A DNA stretch of 64,000 nucleotides from a virus: positions 1 through 64,000 of the IMG/VR virus record IMGVR_UViG_3300019888_000002. One strand, 5' to 3'. This document shows, in pieces, positions 36,190-46,092 of the stretch. The translations under genes and the position numbers were made by a program. The notes beneath the pieces were generated by a model. It made no database searches. It was not told where the DNA came from and saw only the letters and a program-made list of their open reading frames with translations. Position 1 is the first letter of the stretch; the number at the start of each line of letters is the position of its first letter.

Positions 36190-36733
36190 GCGAAGCCTCC
36201 TGCTCGACTATCTCTTCCTGTCCGAAAGATGCAGGGAATACACCATCCGGGATCAATCGAAGGACCGATTGAGCTGTCGTCGGCACGCATTCGATCAAAG
36301 TGAGCCACAACCCCTGGTTGATGACTCGCATCGGTTCGGAGTGTTCGACCGACCCCACCAGATGCGTCACGATGTGCCGGGGCGACATGGTGACGATGAA
36401 GGACACCATCACGAAATCCGGAAGAACCCGCTCGGCTTCGGCCCAGCTGGCCCCTCGGGAGCGTAGCGACTCGAAGAGGGCCACGGCCTGGGCTGCCAAC
36501 TCGTTGTGACGGTCCTGCTGGCTCGAGGGGACATGAAAAGCGATGTCCCGGGTGTGGGTGTCCACTCTGCCGACGGTCTTGGAGACCAATTGGTCCCCGA
36601 ACTCCGATTGAACGAAGCGTGGGGCCACGATCTGCCAGGTGATCGAGCCATGAGCCAACCCGAGATCGTCACCGACGGAGTCTCGGACGATGTTGACCTC
36701 GATCTCTTCGGTGAAAACCGGTCTCATACCCAT
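36182..36733 (-). CDS. Hypothetical protein, ~181 aa
   Basis: Overlaps both neighbours as in a coupled operon. Confidence 0.6.
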   Translation of the reverse strand: MGMRPVFTEEIEVNIVRDSVGDDLGLAHGSITWQIVAPRFVQSEFGDQLVSKTVGRVDTHTRDIAFHVPSSQQDRHNELAAQAVALFESLRSRGASWAEAERVLPDFVMVSFIVTMSPRHIVTHLVGSVEHSEPMRVINQGLWLTLIECVPTTAQSVLRLIPDGVFPASFGQEEIVEQEASHV

Positions 36734-39204
36734 AACGGCTGGATTCCGTGGACCAATTCGTACTGCTCGAGCATTCCTTCGAGATCTTCGTGCTGACTGA
36801 CGATGCTGGCGGCCGTGCGCCGACGCACTTCGTCGGAGGCGAAATGATATTCCTCGATATCGGGCCAGTCGGTGTGGAAATCCAGTCCGTTTTGATTGAG
36901 CGTGGAGTAGAAGTGCTCACTGGAGACCAGATCGGCGACCGTGGGCATCTTGTAGGCCATCCGGTCGATGGCTTCCCGGACACTCTGGTCGTCGGCGCGC
37001 AACACGGCTCCCACCGAGGACGGAGCCTGACCCAATCGATTGACCACCACCGGTACCGGCTCTTCTCCGTCGACCGAGGCGGCCTTGGGCATGGTCTTGC
37101 GCTGCTCGTCGGATTCGGCCGGACGAGACCGGTTGCGCGGGCTCGGTGGTTTGGTCTTGGTGTCTTCCGTACCGCTCGGCGGGTTCGCGTCCTTGGCGTC
37201 GGAGATCGAGGTCTCGATCCCGTTGTCCATGTCGTTGGGTCCGGCGCTGTCGGCACCCTCGGCACCGGCTGCTCCAGCCGTTCCTGGCATCTCACCGGTT
37301 TCCTCGAAGTGATCCTTGGTCGACTCGGCCATTTCGGCGTCGGTCTTGGCCTTGTCGTTGTTGATTCCGGCCTGTTCGGCCATCTTCTCTTCACGCTCGA
37401 GCTGCGACTGAGCTGCCAAGAACTTGGCCAGCTCGGGCGGCATCGGCAGCCCCTGAGCCTTGATCAGCTCGGCGGCCTTCTTCATGGCCTGAGCCTGAGC
37501 GACCAGCTTGTCCACCATCTCCTCGGACTGCTTCTCCAGCTCCGACTCGAACTCGATCGGCACGTTGACGGCCAGACTGCGATCCGAGATCGGGACCCCG
37601 GCGTTCTTGAGCATCTGAAGGAACGACCGCTCCTGTGCTTCGTCGCGCAGATTGAGTGACTGGAACTTGATGTCGGGAATCAACAGCTTGGGCACCTTGC
37701 GGATGGTCTCCTCGCCGGTCCGGGGATCGGTCTCCACGATCTCCCGATAGACCGGCTCTCGATTGCCGCCCCGAGTGTCGTAGTCGTAATGGCCTTGGGC
37801 CTCGGCGATGACCAGGCACCGCTTCCGAACGTGGCGTTTCACGGCGTTCTGGTAGCTCAGCATCATCTGCGTGACGAACTCGCGGTTGAGCGCGGTCGAC
37901 GCATAGTTCTGGGTGCCGGTGCCACCGGAGATCAGAGCCTCGCCGATGCCCCATGCCTGCATCAGCTTCTTGTCGATCCGGCTGTAATCGGTGTCGAATC
38001 GGGGAACGGCTTCCCGGCCGAACACACTCTTGATGTCGAGCCCCATGTGATGCACCATCAGGCGGAAATCGGCGGCCAGGGCGCTTTGAAGGTTCTCCCG
38101 GGTTTCGTCCAGTTCGGCAGGGGTGGGAATCCACGGTCCGGCGTCGTCACCGAGGTTGGCGATGCCGAGAGTGGCCAGGATCAGCGGGCTGTAGAGCCGA
38201 TCCGCCACGGCGTCCTGTGCGGCGTTGAGCGATTCTTCGAGCATCAGGGTCTTGAAGGAACGCATCATGTGAGGTGTCCCCCGGGTGTCCCACGGCTGCA
38301 CCTTGTTGACGATCCGAGAGATCAGTGCGTCGGAGATGTCGATACCGTCGTCCTGGGCGGCGGCGGCGATGAACTCGGGGTACTCGTTGACCAGGGTCTG
38401 GTAGTCGTTCTGTCGCTGACGGCGTTCGCTGGCCGAAAGGTTGGCGTCGTCCATACTTCCCGAACCGGAGCGCAGGCCCTCGACCATTTCCTTGACCATG
38501 AGCTGCACTCGTTCGACCGGCTGATCGGTGTCGCTGTTCCCGAACATCGGTTTGGAGACGTGCAGGTGATCGGGGTCCATGATCTCTTCGGCTGTCCAGA
38601 TGCCGAGGGTCTCGGAGAAATGGCCCAGTGCGTTGATCTCACCGGAGATGAAGTATTCCCGACCCATGTCCTGAAGGAAATTCCCGTAATCCAGGGTGTC
38701 GAAGAACATTTCGTTGTAGAAACGCTCGATCTCCGGATCTTTGTTGGTCAGTTCAAACCCGATCACCGGGAACTTGGAGTAGATGTCGATCAGCAACGGA
38801 ATCAGGTCGTGGGTGCAATAGAACAACCGAGCCCAACGCCTGATCTCGATCAGTTCCTTGGGGTTACGGGTGTCGAACGGGATGCCCTTGTCGATCAGCG
38901 AGGACATCGGTTTGCGGACCTTGGGCAACGCCAGTTGCACGTTGGCCCCGGTGCGGGACATCGCCGCCACTCGTTGACGAGCGGCCCCCATGGACGCGGT
39001 GAGCGTCCGATTGTCCATCGACTCCCGGACCCGCGCTGTCTCCGACATGGCCGAGCCGTCGGAATAGGGCAAGGTGTATCCGGCCTGCCGAAGCTGCTGC
39101 ATGTGGGTGTTGAGGTTGGTGGTCACAAGCCGGGGGTTGGTGGTGGCTCCACCCACACCTGCCGTCCGAGAACCACGGAGGTCTCTCACCGTGAAATCGG
39201 CCAT
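36724..39204 (-). CDS. Portal protein with long acidic C-terminal extension
   Basis: 826 aa; helical portal-like core (RLFYCTHDLIPLLIDIYSKFP...MMRSFKTLMLEESL) upstream of protease and capsid. Confidence 0.85.
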   Translation of the reverse strand: MADFTVRDLRGSRTAGVGGATTNPRLVTTNLNTHMQQLRQAGYTLPYSDGSAMSETARVRESMDNRTLTASMGAARQRVAAMSRTGANVQLALPKVRKPMSSLIDKGIPFDTRNPKELIEIRRWARLFYCTHDLIPLLIDIYSKFPVIGFELTNKDPEIERFYNEMFFDTLDYGNFLQDMGREYFISGEINALGHFSETLGIWTAEEIMDPDHLHVSKPMFGNSDTDQPVERVQLMVKEMVEGLRSGSGSMDDANLSASERRQRQNDYQTLVNEYPEFIAAAAQDDGIDISDALISRIVNKVQPWDTRGTPHMMRSFKTLMLEESLNAAQDAVADRLYSPLILATLGIANLGDDAGPWIPTPAELDETRENLQSALAADFRLMVHHMGLDIKSVFGREAVPRFDTDYSRIDKKLMQAWGIGEALISGGTGTQNYASTALNREFVTQMMLSYQNAVKRHVRKRCLVIAEAQGHYDYDTRGGNREPVYREIVETDPRTGEETIRKVPKLLIPDIKFQSLNLRDEAQERSFLQMLKNAGVPISDRSLAVNVPIEFESELEKQSEEMVDKLVAQAQAMKKAAELIKAQGLPMPPELAKFLAAQSQLEREEKMAEQAGINNDKAKTDAEMAESTKDHFEETGEMPGTAGAAGAEGADSAGPNDMDNGIETSISDAKDANPPSGTEDTKTKPPSPRNRSRPAESDEQRKTMPKAASVDGEEPVPVVVNRLGQAPSSVGAVLRADDQSVREAIDRMAYKMPTVADLVSSEHFYSTLNQNGLDFHTDWPDIEEYHFASDEVRRRTAASIVSQHEDLEGMLEQYELVHGIQPLWV

Positions 39205-39569
39205 CAGTGTGCCCTCTCATGAACCCTGGTCAAACAAATACCGGTGTACCAACGATCTTCGGGCCACTTCTCCGGATCGTCCATCTTCACGAGATACGCG
39301 GGGAAGACCGGTGTCCCCCCGTCGTGCAACTCCTCGGAGACCCGGACGACCTCCCCGTTGCCGTCGTAGTACTCGCCCACGGTGCGGCACTCCACCCGGT
39401 CTCCGACCCCGAACGGGAGCAACGAGTCGAGAAACTGAAGGTGCACGTTGAAACTGGAGGTGATGTCGTTGGACGCACATCCCCGGCAATAGCCTCGCTC
39501 GGTGATCTGGTCGACAAAGGCCACCGGTTCTCCATCAGCGCCCCAACACCTCTGCTCTGTATCCGACAT
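39204..39569 (-). CDS. Small Zn-ribbon plus SH3/KOW-like protein
   Basis: C...CRGC motif then FGVGDRVEC...GEV. Confidence 0.65.
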   Translation of the reverse strand: MSDTEQRCWGADGEPVAFVDQITERGYCRGCASNDITSSFNVHLQFLDSLLPFGVGDRVECRTVGEYYDGNGEVVRVSEELHDGGTPVFPAYLVKMDDPEKWPEDRWYTGICLTRVHERAH

Positions 39570-39581
39570 GAGCCAACTCTG

Positions 39582-40304
39582 TCATGTTCGAGAGGCCAGC
39601 ACGGCGTCGGCGCGTACCGGTACCTCACGGGCGATCATCTTGGTTCCACTGGCCGACTGCACCGTGTGAATATTCCACTGCTTCCCACACTCACAGACAC
39701 CGAAGCTCGGTGCTGCGATCTTGACTCCACAAGTGCAGTCGAACGAGTCGATACCGGACTGAGCGATATATCCGGACTGATGGTGATCCCAATCCCATCC
39801 GGCGATACGCGCGATGTTGCCGCTCTGTGGCTGAATCGGCATCAGCGCGGTCTTCTCTCTCGAACCGGTCTTGTGGCTCTTCTTCCCCGGACCCCACTTC
39901 TCCAACGCCTTCTTGTGCTGGGAAGAGCCGGTGCCGAACATGGTCTCGGCATTCCTGATCTTCTCCTCGTTGGAGAACTCACCGGGAGCCGCTGTGCGGG
40001 CTGCCCGACGAGCGGACATGAACTGGCGCTGGAACTCGAGCCGAGTCTCCTCGACTTCGTCCTGACTCTTGAGCGCACCCTCGGCCATCAGCCAGTCCTC
40101 GAAGGACTGCACCCCATGATCGGTGTAATAGGCCCCACCGACCTCGTTGAACCACTGCCGGTAGTCCTCGATGTTCCCCTCGGCGATCAACTCTTTCTCA
40201 CCGGGTCCCAGTGCTTCCCAGTTCTCGGTGGCCTGCCGGGGCACCGATGCCTCGAGATACTGAAGCGTGTGGTGCCCTTCCTCTTCGGTCGCCTCACCGA
40301 TCAA
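39582..40304 (-). CDS. Modular head-region protein with C-terminal Zn ribbon
   Basis: FDCTCG...CECGKQWN; internal RTAA and KTAL motifs; start uncertain. Confidence 0.65.
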   Translation of the reverse strand: MIGEATEEEGHHTLQYLEASVPRQATENWEALGPGEKELIAEGNIEDYRQWFNEVGGAYYTDHGVQSFEDWLMAEGALKSQDEVEETRLEFQRQFMSARRAARTAAPGEFSNEEKIRNAETMFGTGSSQHKKALEKWGPGKKSHKTGSREKTALMPIQPQSGNIARIAGWDWDHHQSGYIAQSGIDSFDCTCGVKIAAPSFGVCECGKQWNIHTVQSASGTKMIAREVPVRADAVLASRT

Positions 40305-40336
40305 CGGGTTCAGTGTCCAGCCCGACGCGCTACCAG

Positions 40337-42526
40337 CTATGCGCGACGGGCCTTGCCGAAAGACTCTGCCCTCACAGCCAGCTCGGGGAAGTCCTTACTG
40401 GCCTGTTGGCGCATGGACTCGTACCCCATGCTCCGGCGCAATGCCCGCAGAACATCGTTGACGGCATCGGCGAGGAACTGCGAGGTGCCCGAGACGATCG
40501 TGGAGCCCGCCTGCCGCAGGTACCAGTCCCAACCGTTGTCCCCGGAATTGATGCCCATGCTGCGAAGCTGGTTGTCCGGGCTGCTGTACCAATGCTCGGT
40601 GTGATAACCCTCGGCCACACCCTCGGAGTACTGCCACCCGTTGTCGATGAGCCAGCGGTCGACGTTGTTCGGGTCCGGCACCACCCAGGCATAGTCCTCG
40701 GCCGTCTTGCGCAGCTCGGGGAAGTCCTTCATGGCCTGCCGCAATTCCGGGAAGTCCCGCGCTGCCACCGTCGGGTCGAGCGGCTCAGCGTCGTCCTTCA
40801 TCTCTTGCTCGTTGGTACCCGAGAGCGGAGGGTCGACCTTCTTCGGCGGGTTGTCGGCCTGTTTGCGGCGAGACTGCTTCCAAACCGGATGTCCGGCCCA
40901 CGATTCGAAGTCGAGCGGATGACTGCCTCCGGCTTCCTGAAGGCCACCGAGCGAAAGAGTGCGCTTGGCGATCCATGAGGCATACCCTTCGGCCACATCC
41001 GAATCCACCCCCTGGTCGATAGCCCAGTCGAAAGCGTGCTGGAAGGCGAACTGCGACTCCTCCCACAGCTCGGGAGACACATCGTCCTTGCTGGTGCCGC
41101 CTTCTTCCCCGATTCCGAAGACAGCCAGCTTCTTCCGGGCTGCGGCACGCTCCGAAGTGTTGTCGGACTTGCACTGCTCGAGCAGTTCGGCGACCTCTTC
41201 CCAGCTCAGTCCACCGGGCTGGATGGCTTCCTTGCGTTTTCCGTGGAAATGCGGGTTGGAACCGACCGGTTCCCCGGTGCTGGGCACAATGCGCGGGCTG
41301 CTGAGCACCTGCTCGGCGAAAGCTCGAGCCTCGGCGGCGGTGTTGAACTCACGACCCTCGGAGTCACCCGAAAGGGGTTCCACATAAACCGTGAACCCTT
41401 CACCAGTGGACCCGATCTCATAACTACCCCGGTCGTCCGAATGAGATTCGGCCGTCTTGCGAGCCGCCGTACGCGGGTTGCGGTAACCGTTCTGCCACGC
41501 CATCCGAGTGGCCGAATCCAGGGCCGGAAGTAAAACGGACTCATCGGTCTCGGAGGCATATGCCTGAGCCAAGAGTGCCAAATCGACCCGATCGATCACG
41601 TTCTGAGTCAGGATCGTGCCTCGGCGTGACTCCCACGATCCGCCGTTCAGTTCGGGCGCAGGGGCGAGGCCGGAAGGATCACCGGCCGTCTTGCGACTCG
41701 AATACAGCTCCGGGAAATCCTTGCGCAGCTGCTCCTCGGTACCCCGGTCGTAACCCTTGGTGAAATCCTCCATGATGGACTGATTCGCAGGGTCACCCAC
41801 CGGTCGGCTCTTCATGCCGTCGTTGACCACGTTGTTGAGCGAGGGAGCCCGCATATCGCCCCGGCCGTGCGCGGCATAACCTTCGTCTTCGTAGATGCTG
41901 GCTCGCCGGTCGCTGTCCTTGGCGAAGTCGGCACGCTCGACCTCGGCGACATCGCGTTCCCGCTCCCACAGGTACCCGTCGAAGTCGTCCTTGGGGATCA
42001 GTGGTCCCCCGTCGATCGGCCCGGTGCTGTCAGCCTGCTTACGACGAGCAGTCAAAGACCAAAGCTTGTCGACCACCCTTTGTAGATCGACAGTCTCGAT
42101 GACCTGCTTGGTCTTGTCGCTGCCCTTCTCGTAAGCCTGGAGAAGAAGGTTGGCAGTGTTGATATCGACCAAGAGCCCGTCGATGTTCTGGTGACCCTGA
42201 GTCTCGACAATGGAACGAATCGTGTCGATCCGACTGGACTGCTTCTCAACACTTCTTGCGAAGTCCGGCTTCTGAGAGGCCACCACCCGGCGCATCACCC
42301 CCGGCTTGGGCATGAGGAACTCGGCAACCCTCTTCATCATGTCGGACTTGACCAGCGCTATCCGGTCGGTGAAATCGTCCTTGTCCTTGGCGGCACCGAG
42401 GAAGGTCCCGAAGTCCTCGGACACGGCGTGAATCGCTCGTTCCAGAACCTGGTTCGCATCTCGTGCGGCGATCCGCTGTTCGCCCTCGTTTGTGTCGAGA
42501 GCATCGAAAACTCCGAAAACACTCAT
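40337..42526 (-). CDS. Modular polyprotein-like head-region protein, 729 aa
   Basis: Six R-K-[T/Q/E]-A motifs and four DFPEL repeats separating small domains. Confidence 0.75.
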   Translation of the reverse strand: MSVFGVFDALDTNEGEQRIAARDANQVLERAIHAVSEDFGTFLGAAKDKDDFTDRIALVKSDMMKRVAEFLMPKPGVMRRVVASQKPDFARSVEKQSSRIDTIRSIVETQGHQNIDGLLVDINTANLLLQAYEKGSDKTKQVIETVDLQRVVDKLWSLTARRKQADSTGPIDGGPLIPKDDFDGYLWERERDVAEVERADFAKDSDRRASIYEDEGYAAHGRGDMRAPSLNNVVNDGMKSRPVGDPANQSIMEDFTKGYDRGTEEQLRKDFPELYSSRKTAGDPSGLAPAPELNGGSWESRRGTILTQNVIDRVDLALLAQAYASETDESVLLPALDSATRMAWQNGYRNPRTAARKTAESHSDDRGSYEIGSTGEGFTVYVEPLSGDSEGREFNTAAEARAFAEQVLSSPRIVPSTGEPVGSNPHFHGKRKEAIQPGGLSWEEVAELLEQCKSDNTSERAAARKKLAVFGIGEEGGTSKDDVSPELWEESQFAFQHAFDWAIDQGVDSDVAEGYASWIAKRTLSLGGLQEAGGSHPLDFESWAGHPVWKQSRRKQADNPPKKVDPPLSGTNEQEMKDDAEPLDPTVAARDFPELRQAMKDFPELRKTAEDYAWVVPDPNNVDRWLIDNGWQYSEGVAEGYHTEHWYSSPDNQLRSMGINSGDNGWDWYLRQAGSTIVSGTSQFLADAVNDVLRALRRSMGYESMRQQASKDFPELAVRAESFGKARRA

Positions 42527-42600
42527 TGCCGTGGCTGTCCTTCCAGTCCAGGAATTGTCACTCTTTCCCTGTCCTGACCCAGAACATCACAGCATCGGGC

Positions 42601-42960
42601 TCAGCCTCGGCGTCCGGCCGGTGGCATCAGGCGATCTCCGAGCATCCGACCGGACCAACTGTTCGGTCGCTCGAGCCGAGCCCGGTGTGCCGCCACAGCA
42701 CCGAAGAGCACACACATCAGGGCAGTGGTCAGGGCTGTGTCCCGGCCGAGCACGGCATAGTCGACAGTCCACATGGCATAGAGAAGGCAGAGGGCCGACC
42801 ACAACCTGGCCCGCTCGATTCCGGCACAGAACCCCAGGCGGCAGAAGAGAACGAGAGTGACAGTCGTGAGAATGCCGGTCCCGACCCATGCCGATGCCGA
42901 GGTCGCACTAGACATTGGGTACCACCCACCCAGTGTGCGCTGCATCACAGAATCTGCCAA
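42601..42960 (-). CDS. Membrane protein, ~115 aa
   Basis: Three hydrophobic segments; start uncertain. Confidence 0.55.
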   Translation of the reverse strand: MADSVMQRTLGGWYPMSSATSASAWVGTGILTTVTLVLFCRLGFCAGIERARLWSALCLLYAMWTVDYAVLGRDTALTTALMCVLFGAVAAHRARLERPNSWSGRMLGDRLMPPAGRRG

Positions 42961-42967
42961 GAGGACC

Positions 42968-43477
42968 CTACTTCGCTCCGCACTTCGGTTCCGGTAGGGG
43001 ATTGTCCTTGCGTATCTGTTCGTTCATCGCGCGTTTCGTATCGGTAGCACCCACCTGAGCGTTGTAGTCCTCGATCAGTTTGCGTGACTGAGCGGCACCC
43101 TCCTCGCGCGAAATATTCTGCGGAATCGACAAGAGCTTGACGAACAGGTCCGCCAGCGATTTACGGTCACTCGTGGCCAGCATCTCGTTGTCCTGCGACA
43201 CCGACGACCGCACCTTCAGCGTGGAGTTGAACTCGGCATTGCACGCTTCCTGACGGCGAGCCTGAAGAGCCGTGATGCCCACTGCGAAGATCGAGGTCAC
43301 CAGCATCAGGATCACGATGAGCGTGAAGTTCTTCGAATTCCGATCGATAAAAGGAACAGTGACCGCCTTTCCGTGTATGTGAACTTTCCCGGAAGAAAAT
43401 ACAATTCCGATGACGATCCCGACTCCCACCGAAACCCCGTAACGAACCAATGCCAATAGAATTTCACTCACACTCAC
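42968..43477 (-). CDS. Two-TM membrane protein with Cys-bracketed extracellular helical domain
   Basis: TM helices, then QEACNAE...RKDNPLPEPKC. Confidence 0.7.
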   Translation of the reverse strand: MSVSEILLALVRYGVSVGVGIVIGIVFSSGKVHIHGKAVTVPFIDRNSKNFTLIVILMLVTSIFAVGITALQARRQEACNAEFNSTLKVRSSVSQDNEMLATSDRKSLADLFVKLLSIPQNISREEGAAQSRKLIEDYNAQVGATDTKRAMNEQIRKDNPLPEPKCGAK

Positions 43478-43734
43478 GGAGTCGTCCCTTCTCTCTCTGT
43501 CGTTCTGTTTCCGGGACCATTGTCGTTATTCGGTGGTTTGGTCAACCGTTGCTGCGCCACAAAGAACGCAGTGACCAGGGCAATCATGGTCTCGTTCAAC
43601 CCCGTGGGTGCGTGGTACTCCGGCTTGAAGATCTCAGCACTCAACGAGGCCAACCACCCCAGAACGAAAACCACCAAAACCGAAGTGATGACCCACGGCG
43701 GGATTCCCCCTATGGTGTTCTTCTGAGACGCCAC
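43474..43734 (-). CDS. Small two-TM holin-like protein
   Basis: 86 aa, two hydrophobic helices, charged C-terminus. Confidence 0.6.
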   Translation of the reverse strand: MASQKNTIGGIPPWVITSVLVVFVLGWLASLSAEIFKPEYHAPTGLNETMIALVTAFFVAQQRLTKPPNNDNGPGNRTTEREGTTP

Positions 43735-43809
43735 AATCGTCCGCCCCTTCGTTAACCCTGGGCCACAACGGCCGGGATTGCTGCTTGTTCCGTAATCCCA
43801 CTTGCATTG

Positions 43810-44373
43810 TCAGCCATACAGCAAGGCGTCGTCGAATTCGGTCCGAACCTGCGCCTCACGCACAACCGGACCCTGCGGCCGAACTGCTTCGGCAACCTTT
43901 TCCCGGAAACATGCCACGATCGGCTCCGCTTCCTCGACCGGAAGTCCGGAGACATGACGTTCGGCATATCGGACGGCACGGAGATCGAGTTCGTCGCCGT
44001 TGCTCACGGCATCGGCATTGTCGGTGACGAACGCGCTCACACGGGTGGCCACAAACTCTCGGCCCCGGGCCGAGAGCGGTCCGGTGGCGGCGGTGCGCTC
44101 GGGGACCTCTTCGAGCCCGGCCCCGATGGTGGCGATCTTGGCGAAATTCGCCATCTGGATCAGTTCCGTCTCGAGTTCGGCCGCCAAACAGATGGCCTGA
44201 TCGGTGCCGAGCTGCTTGGCCTGATGCAGGATCGCCTCCAGGAAACGTCTGCGAGCCGTGATCGATGCCTCGGTGCCGTCGAACCAGGTCTCGGCGGCAT
44301 CGTTGAGCGCGGCGACCTTCTGGGAAAGAGACTCGGCTCGCTGCTCGACAAGATGGGAGCGGGGAGAAAACAT
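43810..44373 (-). CDS. Hypothetical helical protein, 187 aa
   Basis: AGGAGG RBS. Confidence 0.75.
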   Translation of the reverse strand: MFSPRSHLVEQRAESLSQKVAALNDAAETWFDGTEASITARRRFLEAILHQAKQLGTDQAICLAAELETELIQMANFAKIATIGAGLEEVPERTAATGPLSARGREFVATRVSAFVTDNADAVSNGDELDLRAVRYAERHVSGLPVEEAEPIVACFREKVAEAVRPQGPVVREAQVRTEFDDALLYG

Positions 44374-44436
44374 GATCGTGGCCTCCTGAAGGGTGTGTCA
44401 CCTATTCCATCGGCAAGAAGGCAACATCACACCATC

Positions 44437-44532
44437 TCAGGTGTAATTGCGAAGCAACCGTTCCACCTCTTCGATCTCCTTCAGCAGACTGGTCCATTCG
44501 TCTCCCTGGCCGCTCACCCAGTATGACTGCAT
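44437..44532 (-). CDS. 31-aa small protein (MQSYWVSGQGDEWTSLLKEIEEVERLLRNYT)
   Basis: Manual translation; AGGAG RBS; amphipathic helix. Confidence 0.45.
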   Translation of the reverse strand: MQSYWVSGQGDEWTSLLKEIEEVERLLRNYT

Positions 44533-44581
44533 ATCCGACTTCTCCTGGAGCAAGTCGGCGAGCACAGCCAGCAATTCGGTC

Positions 44582-44878
44582 TCACTCTTGTCCTGATACA
44601 GACTCACTGTCTTCATCCCTTTCCCCCTCCAGAATGGCTTGTGCCGTCATCGGACCCAACACGGACGCAAGTATCGGTTGGTGATCTACGCGGGTCTCCA
44701 CGAGGCACAGGGAGCGAATGAGAGTGATAGGAACCTTGACGACCTCGAGGCGGCCGGTACGAATACGCCACGACCGGATGTAATCCCGATTGGCCTGGGT
44801 ACATGACTCACACGCCCAGCCTCGAAGCTTCATCTCCTTCTGGAACTGAGCCGTCGTGCCGTGCGCGACCTGTTCCAC
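44582..44878 (-). CDS. Small Zn-binding protein (HGT...CxxC...Y motif), start revised to GTG 44878
   Basis: AGGAG RBS; motif common in actinophage small DNA-binding proteins. Confidence 0.6.
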   Translation of the reverse strand: MEQVAHGTTAQFQKEMKLRGWACESCTQANRDYIRSWRIRTGRLEVVKVPITLIRSLCLVETRVDHQPILASVLGPMTAQAILEGERDEDSESVSGQE

Positions 44879-44946
44879 AGAGACTCCTATCCCGGACCCT
44901 TTCGTACTTTCAGGTCCGGGATCGGAAGATATTCCATTGTCGAGAC

Positions 44947-45264
44947 TCAGGAACGGTCCTGAGCAGCGCGGTAGGCGTCCTCGAACTGCACGACGCCCCG
45001 CGCGTCTTCCATCTGACGGTCGAGTTCGGCCTCTTCCCAGCCCGCGTTCTCCGCGTGTCGAAGCCAAGCGTTCTCGGCCCAGATTTCTCCGGCCTGCTGA
45101 GCAGCCCATTCTTCGAGCTGACCGACCTCTTCGTGGCTACGGATGCCGCCCTCGCGGGAGTAGCACAGACGAACCTGAGCGACGGAATCGTGGTGGTGGG
45201 CCATGCCCTCCAGCTCTACCGCGAAGTGCTGGTGGCACTTGTTGCCGCAACGTACGTCGGACAT
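44947..45264 (-). CDS. Cassette gene, His/Cys-rich N-terminus, 105 aa
   Basis: Own promoter/RBS cassette; RCGN..H...HHD.VAQ...C. Confidence 0.8.
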   Translation of the reverse strand: MSDVRCGNKCHQHFAVELEGMAHHHDSVAQVRLCYSREGGIRSHEEVGQLEEWAAQQAGEIWAENAWLRHAENAGWEEAELDRQMEDARGVVQFEDAYRAAQDRS

Positions 45265-45354
45265 GGTGGGGGTTCCTTTCGAATGATCTTGCCTTGTTCC
45301 TGTACTAACACTGTACCACGGCTGCGCCGAAGCGCAACCGTGGCTGTCAAGAGA

Positions 45355-45528
45355 TCAGGAACGCATCTCCAGCTCGAAGATCGCGTCGGCCCAGTCGTCC
45401 ATCTGCCGCTCCTCGATGGAACGAACCGGCCGGACCAGCTGGCAGACCTTGGTCTGAGCGACCGTGTCGTGGTGGGCGTGGGGACCGGCGTTGAGGGCCA
45501 TGTGGACTCGGTTTCCGCAGCGGATCAT
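45355..45528 (-). CDS. Cassette gene, 57 aa, paralog of 44947..45264 (start ATG 45528)
   Basis: Own promoter/RBS cassette; same RCGN...HHD.VAQ...C motif. Confidence 0.75.
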   Translation of the reverse strand: MIRCGNRVHMALNAGPHAHHDTVAQTKVCQLVRPVRSIEERQMDDWADAIFELEMRS

Positions 45529-45649
45529 GGGGAGTTCCTTTCTCGGGTCTTGCTCTTTGCTTGTACTAATACTGTACCTCAAGATTCCTCGGTCCGCAAC
45601 CCCCGAATCGCGACGATCGAGAAGGTGGGGCCGAAGCCCCACCCCGAGA

Positions 45650-46006
45650 TCAGCAGAGCGTGGAGATCACGCTCGAGTCGAGCAGGCCCAGGCCCTTGGC
45701 GAAGACGCCCTCCCGCTTGGCCATGGCGATGAGATCGCCCTTGAGCTGACCCTTGCGGAACTGGTGAACCGGAAGGTCGACCGTGACCTTCGTGCCGTCC
45801 TTCAGCTCGCCGTAGCAGTAGCTGAGGTCCCAATACGGGAAGCCGGGATCGGTCAGGAGGCGAAGCCGGACGACGCGGGCAAGACGCGGATCGTTCAGGG
45901 AAACCCGCTGGCTGCGGTCGATGTTCTCGCGGAAGTCGTGCCAGTGCTCGGTCATCCCGTTGGTCTCGTAGACACCGTAGGTCTGGAGTGCGTCCTGGTT
46001 GATCAT
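45650..46006 (-). CDS. Cassette gene, hypothetical, 118 aa
   Basis: Own promoter/RBS cassette; followed by GTGGGG/CCCCAC hairpin. Confidence 0.8.
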   Translation of the reverse strand: MINQDALQTYGVYETNGMTEHWHDFRENIDRSQRVSLNDPRLARVVRLRLLTDPGFPYWDLSYCYGELKDGTKVTVDLPVHQFRKGQLKGDLIAMAKREGVFAKGLGLLDSSVISTLC

Positions 46007-46092
46007 GGGAGGTTCCTTTCGTGGGTCCTGCTCTGTGCCTGTACTAGAACCATACCATAACTGTACTAGGCACGCAACACCCCCGGGTCACC

